Source: a virus. Taken from it: a stretch of DNA of 64,000 bases. The translations under genes and the position numbers were made by a program. Under the pieces are notes generated by a model. The model was not told the origin of the DNA and did not search any database. It was given only the letters and a program-made list of their open reading frames with translations. This document shows, one piece after another, positions 46,962 through 55,903 of this stretch (within the stretch, counting starts at the first letter, position 1; each line of letters begins with the position of its first letter). The stretch is from IMG/VR virus record IMGVR_UViG_3300025410_000016, positions 1 through 64,000 of that record; one strand, given 5' to 3'.

Positions 46962-47686
46962 TGGCTGTTCGTTACCGCCTTGGAGCACTTGCTCCCAAGC
47001 GACCTCATGGGCTTTCTACCCTTGCCGTGTACTCCAAAGGCAAGTTGCCCGCTCCTCCTTCTTCCGCTGCGATTCCACAAGTGGCTGAGTGGGGGATGCT
47101 CGACAACGACCGGCTCGGGTGTTGCACCGTGTCTGGTGTTGGGCACGCGCTCATGGCGTGGAACTTTGAAGTGAGTGAGAACGATCACCTCCCCACTGAT
47201 GCTGAAGTCGAGCAGACGTACTTTTCTCTGACTGGTGGAGCAGACTCGGGATGCGTCGAGGCCGACGTGCTTGAGACGTGGCGCACCAAGGGGCTGTTCG
47301 GTCAGACCATTGCGGCCTACGCACCGGTTGAGACCAACGACTTCCTCGGGCTACAGCAAGCCATTGCCTTCTACGGAGCGGCGTACTTGGGCGTTGCACT
47401 CCCCATGTCCGCACAAGAACAGTTTCAAGCCGGCCAGCCTTGGACGGTAGATCCTTTCTCTCCCATCGAAGGCGGGCACTGCATCGTTGCAGTTGGTTAC
47501 ACCCCTGAGTACGTCCAGTGTGTCACTTGGGGTCAGGTAGTAAACGTGTCATACCCTTGGCTCTCGTCGTACCTGACGGAGTGTTGGGCTATCATCAGCA
47601 ATGAGTTCGTGGAAGCCGGCCACGGAACTGCCGCCGGGATCGACCTCGATTCCCTGCGGGCTGACCTCGACAGCATCGGCCACTGA
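46961..47686 (+). CDS. Papain-like cysteine peptidase
   Basis: ND.LGCCT (catalytic Cys), GGHCIVAVGY (His), VTWG. Confidence 0.75.
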   Translation: MAVRYRLGALAPKRPHGLSTLAVYSKGKLPAPPSSAAIPQVAEWGMLDNDRLGCCTVSGVGHALMAWNFEVSENDHLPTDAEVEQTYFSLTGGADSGCVEADVLETWRTKGLFGQTIAAYAPVETNDFLGLQQAIAFYGAAYLGVALPMSAQEQFQAGQPWTVDPFSPIEGGHCIVAVGYTPEYVQCVTWGQVVNVSYPWLSSYLTECWAIISNEFVEAGHGTAAGIDLDSLRADLDSIGH

Positions 47687-47695
47687 AAGGACATC

Positions 47696-48199
47696 ATGTC
47701 AATCAAGACCCCGACTCCTCCTGCACCGCTTCCAAAGTGGGCGTTCCCAAAGTGGACGGACGCTCCTGCGGTCATCTCCTACCTCACCTCACTCGTCGCT
47801 GCGATCTTCGTGGTGGTGTCGTTGGTGAGCAGTAAGGGTGAGCCAACCGTTCTGCGAGCGCTCATCCCTGCCGTTGGCTTAGTGATTGCTGGTGGGGCGC
47901 AGATCTTCAACGTCATCTCTCACCGCAAAGTGCAGGTGGCGGTGGCGGCTGCTCTGTCGAGTCCAACCAACCCAATCCTGCCATCGTGGACGGACGCTGC
48001 ATCAGTGACCTCATACCTCACGTCATTGATTGCTGCGGTGTTCGCTATCGTGACCTCGTCGACCGGTAAGGGTGAGCCTGCTGCCGTACAGGCAATTCTG
48101 CCTGCAGTTGGTTTTCTGATTGCGGGCGTGGCGCAGATCGTGAACGTGGTCATGCACCGCAACGTGCAGAAGGCTGCGCTGATCGCACTCAAGCACTAG
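47696..48199 (+). CDS. Holin-like membrane protein built from two tandem copies of a 2-TM unit
   Basis: PKWTDAPAVISYLTSLVAAIF...KGEP..L.A.IPAVG..IAG.AQI.NV..HR.VQ occurs twice; aaagga RBS. Confidence 0.7.
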   Translation: MSIKTPTPPAPLPKWAFPKWTDAPAVISYLTSLVAAIFVVVSLVSSKGEPTVLRALIPAVGLVIAGGAQIFNVISHRKVQVAVAAALSSPTNPILPSWTDAASVTSYLTSLIAAVFAIVTSSTGKGEPAAVQAILPAVGFLIAGVAQIVNVVMHRNVQKAALIALKH

Positions 48200-48216
48200 C
48201 CAACTAATTCGGAACG

Positions 48217-48259
48217 CGAAAAAGCCCCCTGGCCCATGACGGGTCAGGGGGCTTTTTCG
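48217..48259. terminator. Bidirectional intrinsic terminator
   Basis: CGAAAAAGCCCCCTGGCCC-ATGAC-GGGTCAGGGGGCTTTTTCG between convergent arms. Confidence 0.9.
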
Positions 48260-48264
48260 TGTCT

Positions 48265-48522
48265 TCAGTCTGCTTGGTGGTCGCGAAGGTACTGCTGCAC
48301 TACTGCGTCAAGTGTGATTGGATCCTTGTAGGCAGTCACCACGTCAGCACCAAACTTGCGCTCCCGTGCTAGAAGCACCTGCAACTCTTCAACTTCAGCC
48401 TGCACACTGAGGAGTCGGTAGTGAACCCCGTGCAGTTCTTCTGCCTTGCGTACTGCGGCGTCACGTTCTTGTCGCATCTGCTCAAACGCCGCCTGCAGTT
48501 GGAACTCGTCAGTGAAACTCAC
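48265..48522 (-). CDS. Hypothetical coiled-coil protein
   Basis: GTGA overlap with the Rpf-like gene. Confidence 0.55.
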   Translation of the reverse strand: MSFTDEFQLQAAFEQMRQERDAAVRKAEELHGVHYRLLSVQAEVEELQVLLARERKFGADVVTAYKDPITLDAVVQQYLRDHQAD

Positions 48523-49016
48523 CAAGACCCCCCACATCCGTTTTGGTCGGGAACGTATGTCCCTCCCTCGATCCGCTCTGCCACGTAGACCTGTTGAGCG
48601 GGAGTGGCATCAGCAGCGTTGGCCGGGAACCCAAGGCCGGCACTGTAGATCGACCAGTTGACATCGCTGATCCCAAGTCCCCCCGAGTACACCCCGCCAC
48701 GGACGTACCAGTTCCCACCTTCTTCACAGACGTTGACCTTGCTCCACTCAGCCATGACGTATGGACTGGGCGGGAAACCGCTAGGCGCAGATGGCGCAGT
48801 CGTCGTCGTTGTTGAGGGAGGCGAGGTGTGCCTCCCACTCATCGTGTGTCCACCAACGGCCTTTGGCGTAGACGTGCTCGTTGAGCCAGCCCTGAGGGCG
48901 ACAGTTGTCGTGGTCTTGAATGATCTTTCCGTCTCCTGTGTCTGGGCCGACATGCCGGCAATGATGAACATGACAGTGGCCGCACTAGCGGCAAGTACAG
49001 CATGAAAGCGGCGCAT
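48519..49016 (-). CDS. Secreted resuscitation-promoting factor (Rpf)-like transglycosylase
   Basis: Signal peptide MRRFHAVLAASAATVMFIIAG; S/T/P linker; W..V..CEEGGNW......Y.GGL......W...A..ATP.QQ..VAERI; ggaggtg RBS. Confidence 0.85.
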   Translation of the reverse strand: MRRFHAVLAASAATVMFIIAGMSAQTQETERSFKTTTTVALRAGSTSTSTPKAVGGHTMSGRHTSPPSTTTTTAPSAPSGFPPSPYVMAEWSKVNVCEEGGNWYVRGGVYSGGLGISDVNWSIYSAGLGFPANAADATPAQQVYVAERIEGGTYVPDQNGCGGSW

Positions 49017-49182
49017 GTTACGCACCTCCGATCTTCTCGATGGTGTGAACATCCGTTCGCATGCTGCCTCGCAACACAGCACCGGGAAGGGTGACAGTGC
49101 CTCGCCTTTACGGCTTCGAGTGTGCTTCGGGTGTTCGAGAGTAGTGGGCTAATCCAACGGCAAACCTCCTTGGTTGATTTTA

Positions 49183-49587
49183 TCACTTACCAATGGACGG
49201 ATTGTACTTATCGCCGTCACGGGCACGCTTTGGTGCTTGGTTTTGCGGCCACATCCAATGATGAAAAGGAATACCTTGGATGGCTTCGGTGACATCATCA
49301 TCAATCTGCATGACCGGTACTGCACCAAGAAGACCGCGCACTTGCTCGACCGTTGCTTCTAGGTACGGAAACTTGTCGAAGTATCGAGTGACGAAGTGGG
49401 CGACGCCAAGTTTGTTTGCGTGCCACTCGGCCCACTTGGCTCCACCGCCAGACCAGAGGACAATTTCGTACCCCATGCTGTTGAGTAGCGTCATGAACTG
49501 ACGCCACTCTTTGACCGGCTCGAACTCCCAACTTTGGTTAGAGCGGTTGAGTACCCCGTCAACGTCACTGAGAATGATTGGCTTCAC
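49183..49587 (-). CDS. HAD-superfamily phosphatase-like protein
   Basis: ILSDVDGVL, VLWSGGG..WA, K, IDD. Confidence 0.75.
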   Translation of the reverse strand: MKPIILSDVDGVLNRSNQSWEFEPVKEWRQFMTLLNSMGYEIVLWSGGGAKWAEWHANKLGVAHFVTRYFDKFPYLEATVEQVRGLLGAVPVMQIDDDVTEAIQGIPFHHWMWPQNQAPKRARDGDKYNPSIGK

Positions 49588-50048
49588 TTTCCGTACCCGT
49601 GGTTCTCCCAAGCCTCCCAGTTGGGCTCTGGCCCATCCCAAGAGGCGCACTCAACGGGCTTCCAAGTGCCCGAAGAGTAGACGTAGCAGAACAGGTCTGC
49701 GTCCCCAAGGACGTAGGCCCACTCGGTCCCCATCGAGTCACCGAACTGCGTCACCCAACTGTCGGGGCTGCTCTGGTTCTCTTGGGTCGTGTAGGCGATG
49801 CCGTAGTTCGGGACGCCGACGAACCGACCGTCTGGGTGCTCGATGCTCAACTGCTGCTCGGCGTCTCCGTTGAGCGTTGACCACCCGTAGTAGTCTTGGG
49901 TGAGCGTCTTGCGAACGGTCTCTAGGCCGTCTCGCTGCACGAGTGTCCAGAGCATGCTGCCCATCCACGTCGGGTAGCCGTCCCAATGGACGTACCGCCC
50001 CTTCCAGGTGTCTCCGTCTGGGACGGCGACGACTGATCGAGTTCCCAT
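49584..50048 (-). CDS. Conserved-type hypothetical phage protein (YxHWDGYP motif)
   Basis: MGTRS...YVHWDGYP..MG..L...EWAYV; aagggag RBS. Confidence 0.75.
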   Translation of the reverse strand: MGTRSVVAVPDGDTWKGRYVHWDGYPTWMGSMLWTLVQRDGLETVRKTLTQDYYGWSTLNGDAEQQLSIEHPDGRFVGVPNYGIAYTTQENQSSPDSWVTQFGDSMGTEWAYVLGDADLFCYVYSSGTWKPVECASWDGPEPNWEAWENHGYGK

Positions 50049-50049
50049 T

Positions 50050-50250
50050 TCACTTGCTCCCTTCCAGCACTTCAACGTGCTCTTCTCTATTGATCAGATC
50101 TTGCTCTCGGATGCGTCGCCATTCTCTCTTCTGAGCGTTGCGCTTGGCTCGTTGATAGCAAGCGTTTGCGAAGTCGCTGACCAGCGCTACGATTCCGACG
50201 CCGATAATAAAAAAGGCGACGATGGCGGAAAATCCAATGAGGCTGTTCAT
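50050..50250 (-). CDS. Small membrane protein
   Basis: N-terminal hydrophobic helix followed by a basic tail. Confidence 0.55.
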   Translation of the reverse strand: MNSLIGFSAIVAFFIIGVGIVALVSDFANACYQRAKRNAQKREWRRIREQDLINREEHVEVLEGSK

Positions 50251-50252
50251 CT

Positions 50253-50663
50253 CTACCACCACGAGTAGTAGTAGACCTGCATGTCCTGGGCGATGGCCTG
50301 TCGAGCCTTCTCGATGAACGCAAGGTCGTCCTGACGGTAACTATCGTCCGACGAATGACCGAAGAAAAAACCTTCCGTCAATGGAAGGGCCTCGCCGTCC
50401 TCTCGCTTGACCGCGGCCTCAAGGCTGTCGAGGTCGGTCGGCGTGAGTTCGACGAAAGCGCAGTTGAACTCCTCTTCCCCGCCCTTCTGCTCGTACAGCC
50501 GCTCCATCCAACCCTGCAGGTTGGGGTGCTTGCGCCAGTAAGCGATCTCGGTCTTCGGCTCGATGCCGGGAGGAGGGTTCGACTCCTCCGAGGACCAGAA
50601 CATGCTGGTCGGGGTGTTCTTGGGGTGCGGCAGAACCGCAAAAGCGTACTGGTCAAGGCCCAT
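50253..50663 (-). CDS. Conserved-type hypothetical phage protein
   Basis: MGLDQY...EIAYWRKHP.LQGWM...FNC...LP.TEGFFFG...YYYSWW; aagggag RBS. Confidence 0.75.
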   Translation of the reverse strand: MGLDQYAFAVLPHPKNTPTSMFWSSEESNPPPGIEPKTEIAYWRKHPNLQGWMERLYEQKGGEEEFNCAFVELTPTDLDSLEAAVKREDGEALPLTEGFFFGHSSDDSYRQDDLAFIEKARQAIAQDMQVYYYSWW

Positions 50664-50699
50664 TTGTTTCTCCCTTGCTAGGTAGGTTGGAATGAACTC

Positions 50700-50730
50700 A
50701 GTGTACAGACCTGACCCGTGGCGGTCAACC
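50700..50730 (-). promoter_or_regulatory. sigma70-type promoter overlapping the upstream stop codon
   Basis: GG-TTGACC-17 nt-TACACT. Confidence 0.7.
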
Positions 50731-50916
50731 TCTGGCGGCCAAGATCTTCCGGTTGAGAACTTTGGCAACCCCCTGCGGGGTCATTGATGCAGCGTTGGCA
50801 ATAGCGTGCAACGTCGAGCCTTCTGCCCGCGCCCGGACAATTGCCTCGTCACGGTTGGCGAGCGCGTCCTTGGCTGCAGACGAAAATGCTTGCACTTTCT
50901 TGAGTGTGTCGTTCAT
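50725..50916 (-). CDS. Small helix-turn-helix protein
   Basis: RDEAIVRARAEGSTLHAIANAASMTPQGVAKVL. Confidence 0.65.
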   Translation of the reverse strand: MNDTLKKVQAFSSAAKDALANRDEAIVRARAEGSTLHAIANAASMTPQGVAKVLNRKILAARG

Positions 50917-51422
50917 GCTCTTCCTTCTCCGTCGAACACCGCTGCGAATACTTTGCGATGTAGATCTTCAATTGTCCCATCATTGATGATGAGTACGTCA
51001 GGCTTGAAAGCGTCAACCCCGACTTCGCTTACATGCTCATTCCTTGGCCCAACGCCGGGTCGGTCGATGCGTATCACCCGACCTCCCCTGCCACGCACCT
51101 CTAGGGCTTCGTAAGCAAAACGGCAATCGGGGACGACGAGTCGACCATTGTGAGGCTCGTTGAAGAGCATGTCAACCCAGAAGTACGCACCGAACGTTGC
51201 CTTGAGATGATCACTCGTCACCTGCAGGCTCCGTCGCCAGTAGTCCCGGTCCTTCAGTGCTTCGACCTCTTCTACAGTGAGGGAGTGCTGCGTTGCGACG
51301 AGACGCTTGATGGGATCTGCGAACGCCTTGCGGTCCCATCCTTTTTGGATGAGTGCTTTTGCGGCTTCATCTTTACCCGAGCCTGCGTATCCGGTGAACG
51401 CAACTAGATTGATGGAGTCCAT
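50913..51422 (-). CDS. Deoxynucleoside monophosphate kinase
   Basis: GYAGSGKD P-loop, AFADPIK, VVPDCRF..E, HVSE, IINDGT. Confidence 0.85.
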   Translation of the reverse strand: MDSINLVAFTGYAGSGKDEAAKALIQKGWDRKAFADPIKRLVATQHSLTVEEVEALKDRDYWRRSLQVTSDHLKATFGAYFWVDMLFNEPHNGRLVVPDCRFAYEALEVRGRGGRVIRIDRPGVGPRNEHVSEVGVDAFKPDVLIINDGTIEDLHRKVFAAVFDGEGRA

Positions 51423-51568
51423 AAAACTCCCTGTCGCGGACAGTTCCATCCCTCACTGATTTGAGTGCCGGAACGATTGATGATGAGCGCCCCGTTTTGG
51501 GTTGAAGGATCTGGACTACAAGTAGCGTACTCAAACGCTTTCTTCATCCAATGAATGTGATCCGTCAC
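51404..51568 (-). pseudogene. Truncated dCMP deaminase (N-terminal 54 aa only)
   Basis: MTDHIHWMKKAFEYATCSPDPSTQNGALIINRSGTQISEGWNCPRQG matches the M..A...A..S.DP.TQ.GA.I......G.N..P.G start of dCMP deaminases; the HAE and PCxxC motifs are absent. Confidence 0.6.
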
Positions 51569-51855
51569 TCGACGGTCCCAATGATTTCGTGCGGGGCAAG
51601 AAACAGGTACTCGACTTGGTCGATCTCAATGGCCTGTCCAGCATGGCGAGGAAAGAACACCCGGTCCCCTGCGGCGAAGTCAGACAGAGAGGTGCGCTGT
51701 CCGGTCTCGTTGTATGGCCCGCTTCCGACGTGGCTAATCGTGCCGTACCGAATTGGGCTTTGTGCACTCTCGGTAAGGACGAGTCCGCTCTTCGAGACTT
51801 CCTCAACCGGGTCAGCAACTAGGGCAATGCGGTTGTCATTCAATCTGAACGCCAT
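51565..51855 (-). CDS. groS: Co-chaperonin GroES
   Basis: L.DNRI.L.....EE.SKSGLVL..SA......G.I..VG.G...GDRV.F...AG..IEID..EYL.L...EIIG.V. Confidence 0.9.
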   Translation of the reverse strand: MAFRLNDNRIALVADPVEEVSKSGLVLTESAQSPIRYGTISHVGSGPYNETGQRTSLSDFAAGDRVFFPRHAGQAIEIDQVEYLFLAPHEIIGTVE

Positions 51856-52121
51856 GACGGTCCTTTCGTTTGATGGGTCATGATGTACGGCACCAAGTTA
51901 GCGTATCGCTCGCTTGGCTTTTGCTTCTGCAAGTGTCTTGCGACACTTGTCTAGGTAAAACTCCATTACTTCACGGGGGGCGGCGTAGTCGTCCTCTCGC
52001 TCCCCCGCTGCTCGTTGCTGATGATCAAGCGCAGTCATAAGTGCACCCGCACGGCACTTCGCCGATAGTGGCATGGTTGCGATAATTGCATGAAATGTTG
52101 TGTGCAGGGTGACCGCACGCT

Positions 52122-52505
52122 TTACACAATGGCGCCCACGACATCCGTAGGCCGCTCGATGTGATCGGTGGTGCAGTCGAGGTCGTGGTAGACCCGCTGT
52201 CGCTTGATGTCTTCGATGTAGTCGAAGTCCCAAGAGTGGGCGGAGTAGCCGTGGCGGTAAGCCCAGCCGGGGTAGTCGGTCTTGCGTCGGTGGCATGTTC
52301 GACAGAGGGCTTGGAAGAGGATGACGATAAGTTGGGCACCGGGGTACACTCCTCTGCTGATGATTTCGTCAATGTCTGTGGCGGGGGCTTGTCGGCACAT
52401 CTCACAGTGGGGATGCTCGGCAAGGTATTCATTACGCAACGCAGTCCGTGTGGCATCGTCAGTAATCCTCTTCTTGGAGCGGCGGTTGATCGGCGAGCGC
52501 TTCAC
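52122..52505 (-). CDS. HNH-endonuclease-like protein
   Basis: MKRSPI.R.S; CEMC...ATDIDE...R...LCRTCH. Confidence 0.65.
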   Translation of the reverse strand: MKRSPINRRSKKRITDDATRTALRNEYLAEHPHCEMCRQAPATDIDEIISRGVYPGAQLIVILFQALCRTCHRRKTDYPGWAYRHGYSAHSWDFDYIEDIKRQRVYHDLDCTTDHIERPTDVVGAIV

Positions 52506-52515
52506 GTACCATGAC

Positions 52516-52968
52516 TCACTTCCTGTCTAAGATGAGCCGACCGTCGAGGTGGTCGACCTCATGCTGAGCGATCCTTGCCGCGTGTTGGTTGAGGGAAACA
52601 GTGTGAGGCTGAAGAGACGAGTCAAAGTACGTCAACTCGATTTCTTTGAATCGCATCACCCTGCTCTTTGTTCCTGGCAGGCTAAGGCATCCTTCAAGCC
52701 CAGCACTGGTGACCTTGCTCATTGGCCGGATCATAGGGTTCAAGTAGACACCTTCTTTGAGTAAGGTGCCGTCTTGTCCCTTGGTAATGAAAAACCGCAA
52801 TGAACTCCCGACCTGCGGAGCGGCTAGACCAACCCCGTGGGCAAGTTCCATTGCACCGAACATGCGCCGGCTGAGTTGACGCACCTCTTCGAGATCCGCT
52901 TCAACAACAAACCTGCACCGTTCCCGTAGTACTGGTTCTCCAAGTTTGAGAATCTTCAACTCAGGCAT
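52516..52968 (-). CDS. def: Peptide deformylase
   Basis: GVGLAAPQVG, EGCLS, QHEVDHLDG: all three canonical motifs. Confidence 0.95.
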   Translation of the reverse strand: MPELKILKLGEPVLRERCRFVVEADLEEVRQLSRRMFGAMELAHGVGLAAPQVGSSLRFFITKGQDGTLLKEGVYLNPMIRPMSKVTSAGLEGCLSLPGTKSRVMRFKEIELTYFDSSLQPHTVSLNQHAARIAQHEVDHLDGRLILDRK

Positions 52969-53059
52969 CAGTGCGCCGTCCCTTCGCAGAGCAACATCAA
53001 AAGAGTTCCCCAGAACAATGCGAAGAGCACGATTGCGTAGATGGCAATCACGATCTTCA

Positions 53060-53353
53060 TCATTCGACTGCTATCCCCAGATACTCGCAAGCAGGTTTAC
53101 CGGTCAGCCATTCGTATTCGTCCTCTAGTCCTTCGACTGGCGCAAGGACAGAAATCTGTTCGGCCTGCTCTGGTCGCACCCGTGATTTCATCGTGCGTAA
53201 TGCGGCGTGCGCTGCTTCAATCCATGAAGTCCATTGCGGTTCGTTGAGTTCTCTCGGTCCTTCTCCGCTGTAAGGGAGAGGAGATCGATGATCCGGGTTG
53301 AGTCCCTTCGCTCCACAAATAGCCCGAGCGACCTGCTCAATTTCAGTCGACAA
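53060..53353 (-). CDS. Hypothetical protein
   Basis: IEQVARAIC...G..PD...W.....A.AA motif; aaggagg RBS. Confidence 0.55.
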   Translation of the reverse strand: MSTEIEQVARAICGAKGLNPDHRSPLPYSGEGPRELNEPQWTSWIEAAHAALRTMKSRVRPEQAEQISVLAPVEGLEDEYEWLTGKPACEYLGIAVE

Positions 53354-53729
53354 AACGACCCTCCTTGAATGGCCTCCGTTGTAACTCGATCACTCCGTCA
53401 GGGCGACGACGCATGTAGAAGTGCCCTCTCTCTCCTCCCAAGACATGCCGCAGGTCAATTTTGCCGCCACGCGTAACCGGGGTGCAATAAAACGCCGGAG
53501 CGTCATTCGGGTCGATGGCTTTCTGCTCAGGAGCAATTGCCGCTGTCTCTCTCCAAGCAATCCACGATCCCTCTTTGACCTTGCCGCAGTAAGTGTCATC
53601 CCCGGTCTCGGTCAAGGTGAGGTCGCCCATAGCACTGCTGACGAAACAGTTTGGGTACACCAGCCACGTCAATGAGTCGTTGGTGGAGACGAGTACTTCA
53701 ACGTTGGTTGAAGTCTCTTCGTCGCTCAT
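53343..53729 (-). CDS. Hypothetical protein
   Basis: ATGA overlap; aaagga RBS. Confidence 0.55.
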   Translation of the reverse strand: MSDEETSTNVEVLVSTNDSLTWLVYPNCFVSSAMGDLTLTETGDDTYCGKVKEGSWIAWRETAAIAPEQKAIDPNDAPAFYCTPVTRGGKIDLRHVLGGERGHFYMRRRPDGVIELQRRPFKEGRFVD

Positions 53730-54016
53730 GCAACGTCCTTTCTTGGTGCGGTGAACGGTCGACGCTTGATCGGATTCTTATTGGGGGAGTTGCGCTTATT
53801 GCGCTCTCTCCACGCCGCCTTGTCTCTCTGCTCGGGATAGCGGTCGAGGTAGTCCCGGTGTGACGCCGCCCACGCCTTCTTGCAAGGCGCGCAACGACAA
53901 CGCAGATTGTTGTACCCGTTCGGCGTACCGTGCCGAGGGTCCTCGGCGGACAACGTGCACTTGTGCCCGTTGCACCCGCATGGGTTCTTGGGTCCCCGAG
54001 TGAAGTCGTCGGTCAT
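53726..54016 (-). CDS. Small Cys/His-rich basic protein (HGT..GY....CRC..C)
   Basis: RHGTPNGYNNLRCRCAPCK motif; ATGA overlap. Confidence 0.65.
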   Translation of the reverse strand: MTDDFTRGPKNPCGCNGHKCTLSAEDPRHGTPNGYNNLRCRCAPCKKAWAASHRDYLDRYPEQRDKAAWRERNKRNSPNKNPIKRRPFTAPRKDVA

Positions 54017-54300
54017 GGCATCCTCGCAATCCACAGAGCGATGGCAGAGAACAGCGCCTCACGGAGATCCTTCAGTCTCTCCTGCTCATCTCCTTTCGCA
54101 GAACCCTTGACCAACTCATTAGCCATGGACCACGCACTCACCAGACCATTGGGAGCGCACTTGAAGAACTGACTGCGAGCGTCCTCTAGTTGCTCCAACT
54201 GCGCCTGTAGAACTGGCGGCAGGTAAGGCTGTCGGGACAGTACGTCGACTGCCTCGTCGACTGCCGTTGCAAGCGTGCGAAGTAAGCCGTGCTCAGACAT
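54013..54300 (-). CDS. Hypothetical protein
   Basis: Operon packing with RBS. Confidence 0.55.
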   Translation of the reverse strand: MSEHGLLRTLATAVDEAVDVLSRQPYLPPVLQAQLEQLEDARSQFFKCAPNGLVSAWSMANELVKGSAKGDEQERLKDLREALFSAIALWIARMP

Positions 54301-54586
54301 CTACGGTCTCCAACGTTGCAGTATGGAACTGCTTGGCGCAGTCCTTGTCGAGACAGTACGCATCGAGCGCGTCGCTCTGGGTTACGCCGGCTTCGTAGCC
54401 GTCACCTCCAATGAAGACTTGGTACGGAGGCTCGGTGAGCGGCAGCCCGCAAGCCGCACAGTCATCGAGCGTCGAGAACCGCTCGGGGTGGAACGAGCGG
54501 TGGTGGTCGGCGAGTGCGAAGAGGTTGGGTGCTGGCCTCGCGGTCTGCACCACCTCCACCTTGCCAAATGCAAACTTGTCAGTCAT
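54293..54586 (-). CDS. Hypothetical protein (CxxC)
   Basis: aagga RBS; CAACG...C...C. Confidence 0.5.
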   Translation of the reverse strand: MTDKFAFGKVEVVQTARPAPNLFALADHHRSFHPERFSTLDDCAACGLPLTEPPYQVFIGGDGYEAGVTQSDALDAYCLDKDCAKQFHTATLETVDV

Positions 54587-54724
54587 TTCCTTCTCCCTTT
54601 CTTTGACGCTCTTTGAGTGCTGCTCGGTGGCCCCTGTGTTCTGCAAGTGAGCACCACAGCGCTCCTAATAGAAAACCAAGAATCCAACCAACAACATACA
54701 CGACGATGACAATGGCGGCGCTAC

Positions 54725-55051
54725 TCATAGCAGCACCCACGTTCCATAGACGCAGAACGTACCGGTGGGGATTGTCGTGTGGCTGTCGGTCGACCAAGAC
54801 CATGCGTCCATTTCTTCCGGTTCGAATCCGTTTGCCACGAAACCAAAAGTGAACTCATCGTAAGGGGAACTGACTGTTGCTCCCAAGTCGTTGCGGGTGA
54901 GTACTTTCCAGCCTTGTTCTTCAAAGATCTTGCAGAGCAGGTCAATTCCTGCTTTGCATGGATCGTCTTTGTCTGCTATCCCTGATGCCCACCACTCATC
55001 GATTGGCTCAATGGAGATATCAGTTCCGGCGAGTACGTCAGTCAAGATCAT
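54725..55051 (-). CDS. Hypothetical protein
   Basis: ATGA overlap with the phosphoesterase gene. Confidence 0.55.
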   Translation of the reverse strand: MILTDVLAGTDISIEPIDEWWASGIADKDDPCKAGIDLLCKIFEEQGWKVLTRNDLGATVSSPYDEFTFGFVANGFEPEEMDAWSWSTDSHTTIPTGTFCVYGTWVLL

Positions 55052-55698
55052 GATGCACCTTCCGTGTAGGGAACGAGAGGAACGGCGCTCCATCGGAGCG
55101 GGTTGAGGTCGTGTCGGTCAAGCAAGAGATCTTGGACGTAACCAAGTGGGACCGGGAATCCTGCCCACGCATCCACTCCAACGTCGATCATCTTTCCGTT
55201 CTTGCGCCAGTACCCGTGCAGGTGACCGTGGATAAAGAAATCGGCGTCATTGGGGTCGGGACGCAAGTCGCTGAACCGGTCGTCGTAAGACGTGCAGACC
55301 GGTGGGAGGTGAGAGATGTTGATCACCCCTCCCCTCGGGTGCATGTGACGGATGCTGGCGATGCCGTTCGTCCATGGGTGAACGACCGTGCATCCTGCTT
55401 CCTCATAGCGGCGGGCGACCTTCTTCCACGCTTCACCCGTCTTCTGCCATGGGCGGTCGTGGTTACCGGGGATGAGGACCTTGCACCCGTTCATCTGGGC
55501 GACCCAAGCAAGCGACAGGTTCTTGTCACCCATCGCCAAGTCACCGACCAGCCACACTTCATCGTTAGGGTGCACGACAAGATTGTGTCGGCGGACGAGG
55601 TCGGCGTTCATCTCCTCGACGGAGTCGTAGGGACGGTTGCAGAACTTGATGATGTTGGCGTGACCAAAGTGGTGGTCGCTACTGAGCCAAATCGTCAT
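55048..55698 (-). CDS. Calcineurin-like metallophosphoesterase
   Basis: SDHHFGH, VGD, GNHD, SH.P, HGHLH, DVGVD. Confidence 0.9.
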   Translation of the reverse strand: MTIWLSSDHHFGHANIIKFCNRPYDSVEEMNADLVRRHNLVVHPNDEVWLVGDLAMGDKNLSLAWVAQMNGCKVLIPGNHDRPWQKTGEAWKKVARRYEEAGCTVVHPWTNGIASIRHMHPRGGVINISHLPPVCTSYDDRFSDLRPDPNDADFFIHGHLHGYWRKNGKMIDVGVDAWAGFPVPLGYVQDLLLDRHDLNPLRWSAVPLVPYTEGAS

Positions 55699-55736
55699 CA
55701 GTACTTCTCGATGTCTAGTTGAGTGTCCATGGGGTC

Positions 55737-55767
55737 ATTGTATGCTACCCCAACTCAGTTGGCAACC
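55737..55767 (-). promoter_or_regulatory. Leaderless promoter driving a 10-codon uORF (55698-55730)
   Basis: GG-TTGCCA-17 nt-TACAAT-6 nt-ATG GAC ACT CAA CTA GAC ATC GAG AAG TAC TGA, with the stop overlapping the next ATG. Confidence 0.65.
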
Positions 55768-55903
55768 CCTGACGCGAAGCGACCCCTCGGCTTCGGTCGG
55801 GGATGCACTTAGGTCTCATCGACCTTACGCAGATCGGGCAATCGGGGTTGTGCTCACGCGGCCACCTCCCGTAGCCACTGCTCGGCCTGGTCATATGCAC
55901 TGC

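Noticed and set aside
51460-51535. Possible structured ncRNA (TTTGAGT...ACTCAAA ends)
   Set aside because: Better explained as coding sequence of the truncated dCMP deaminase.
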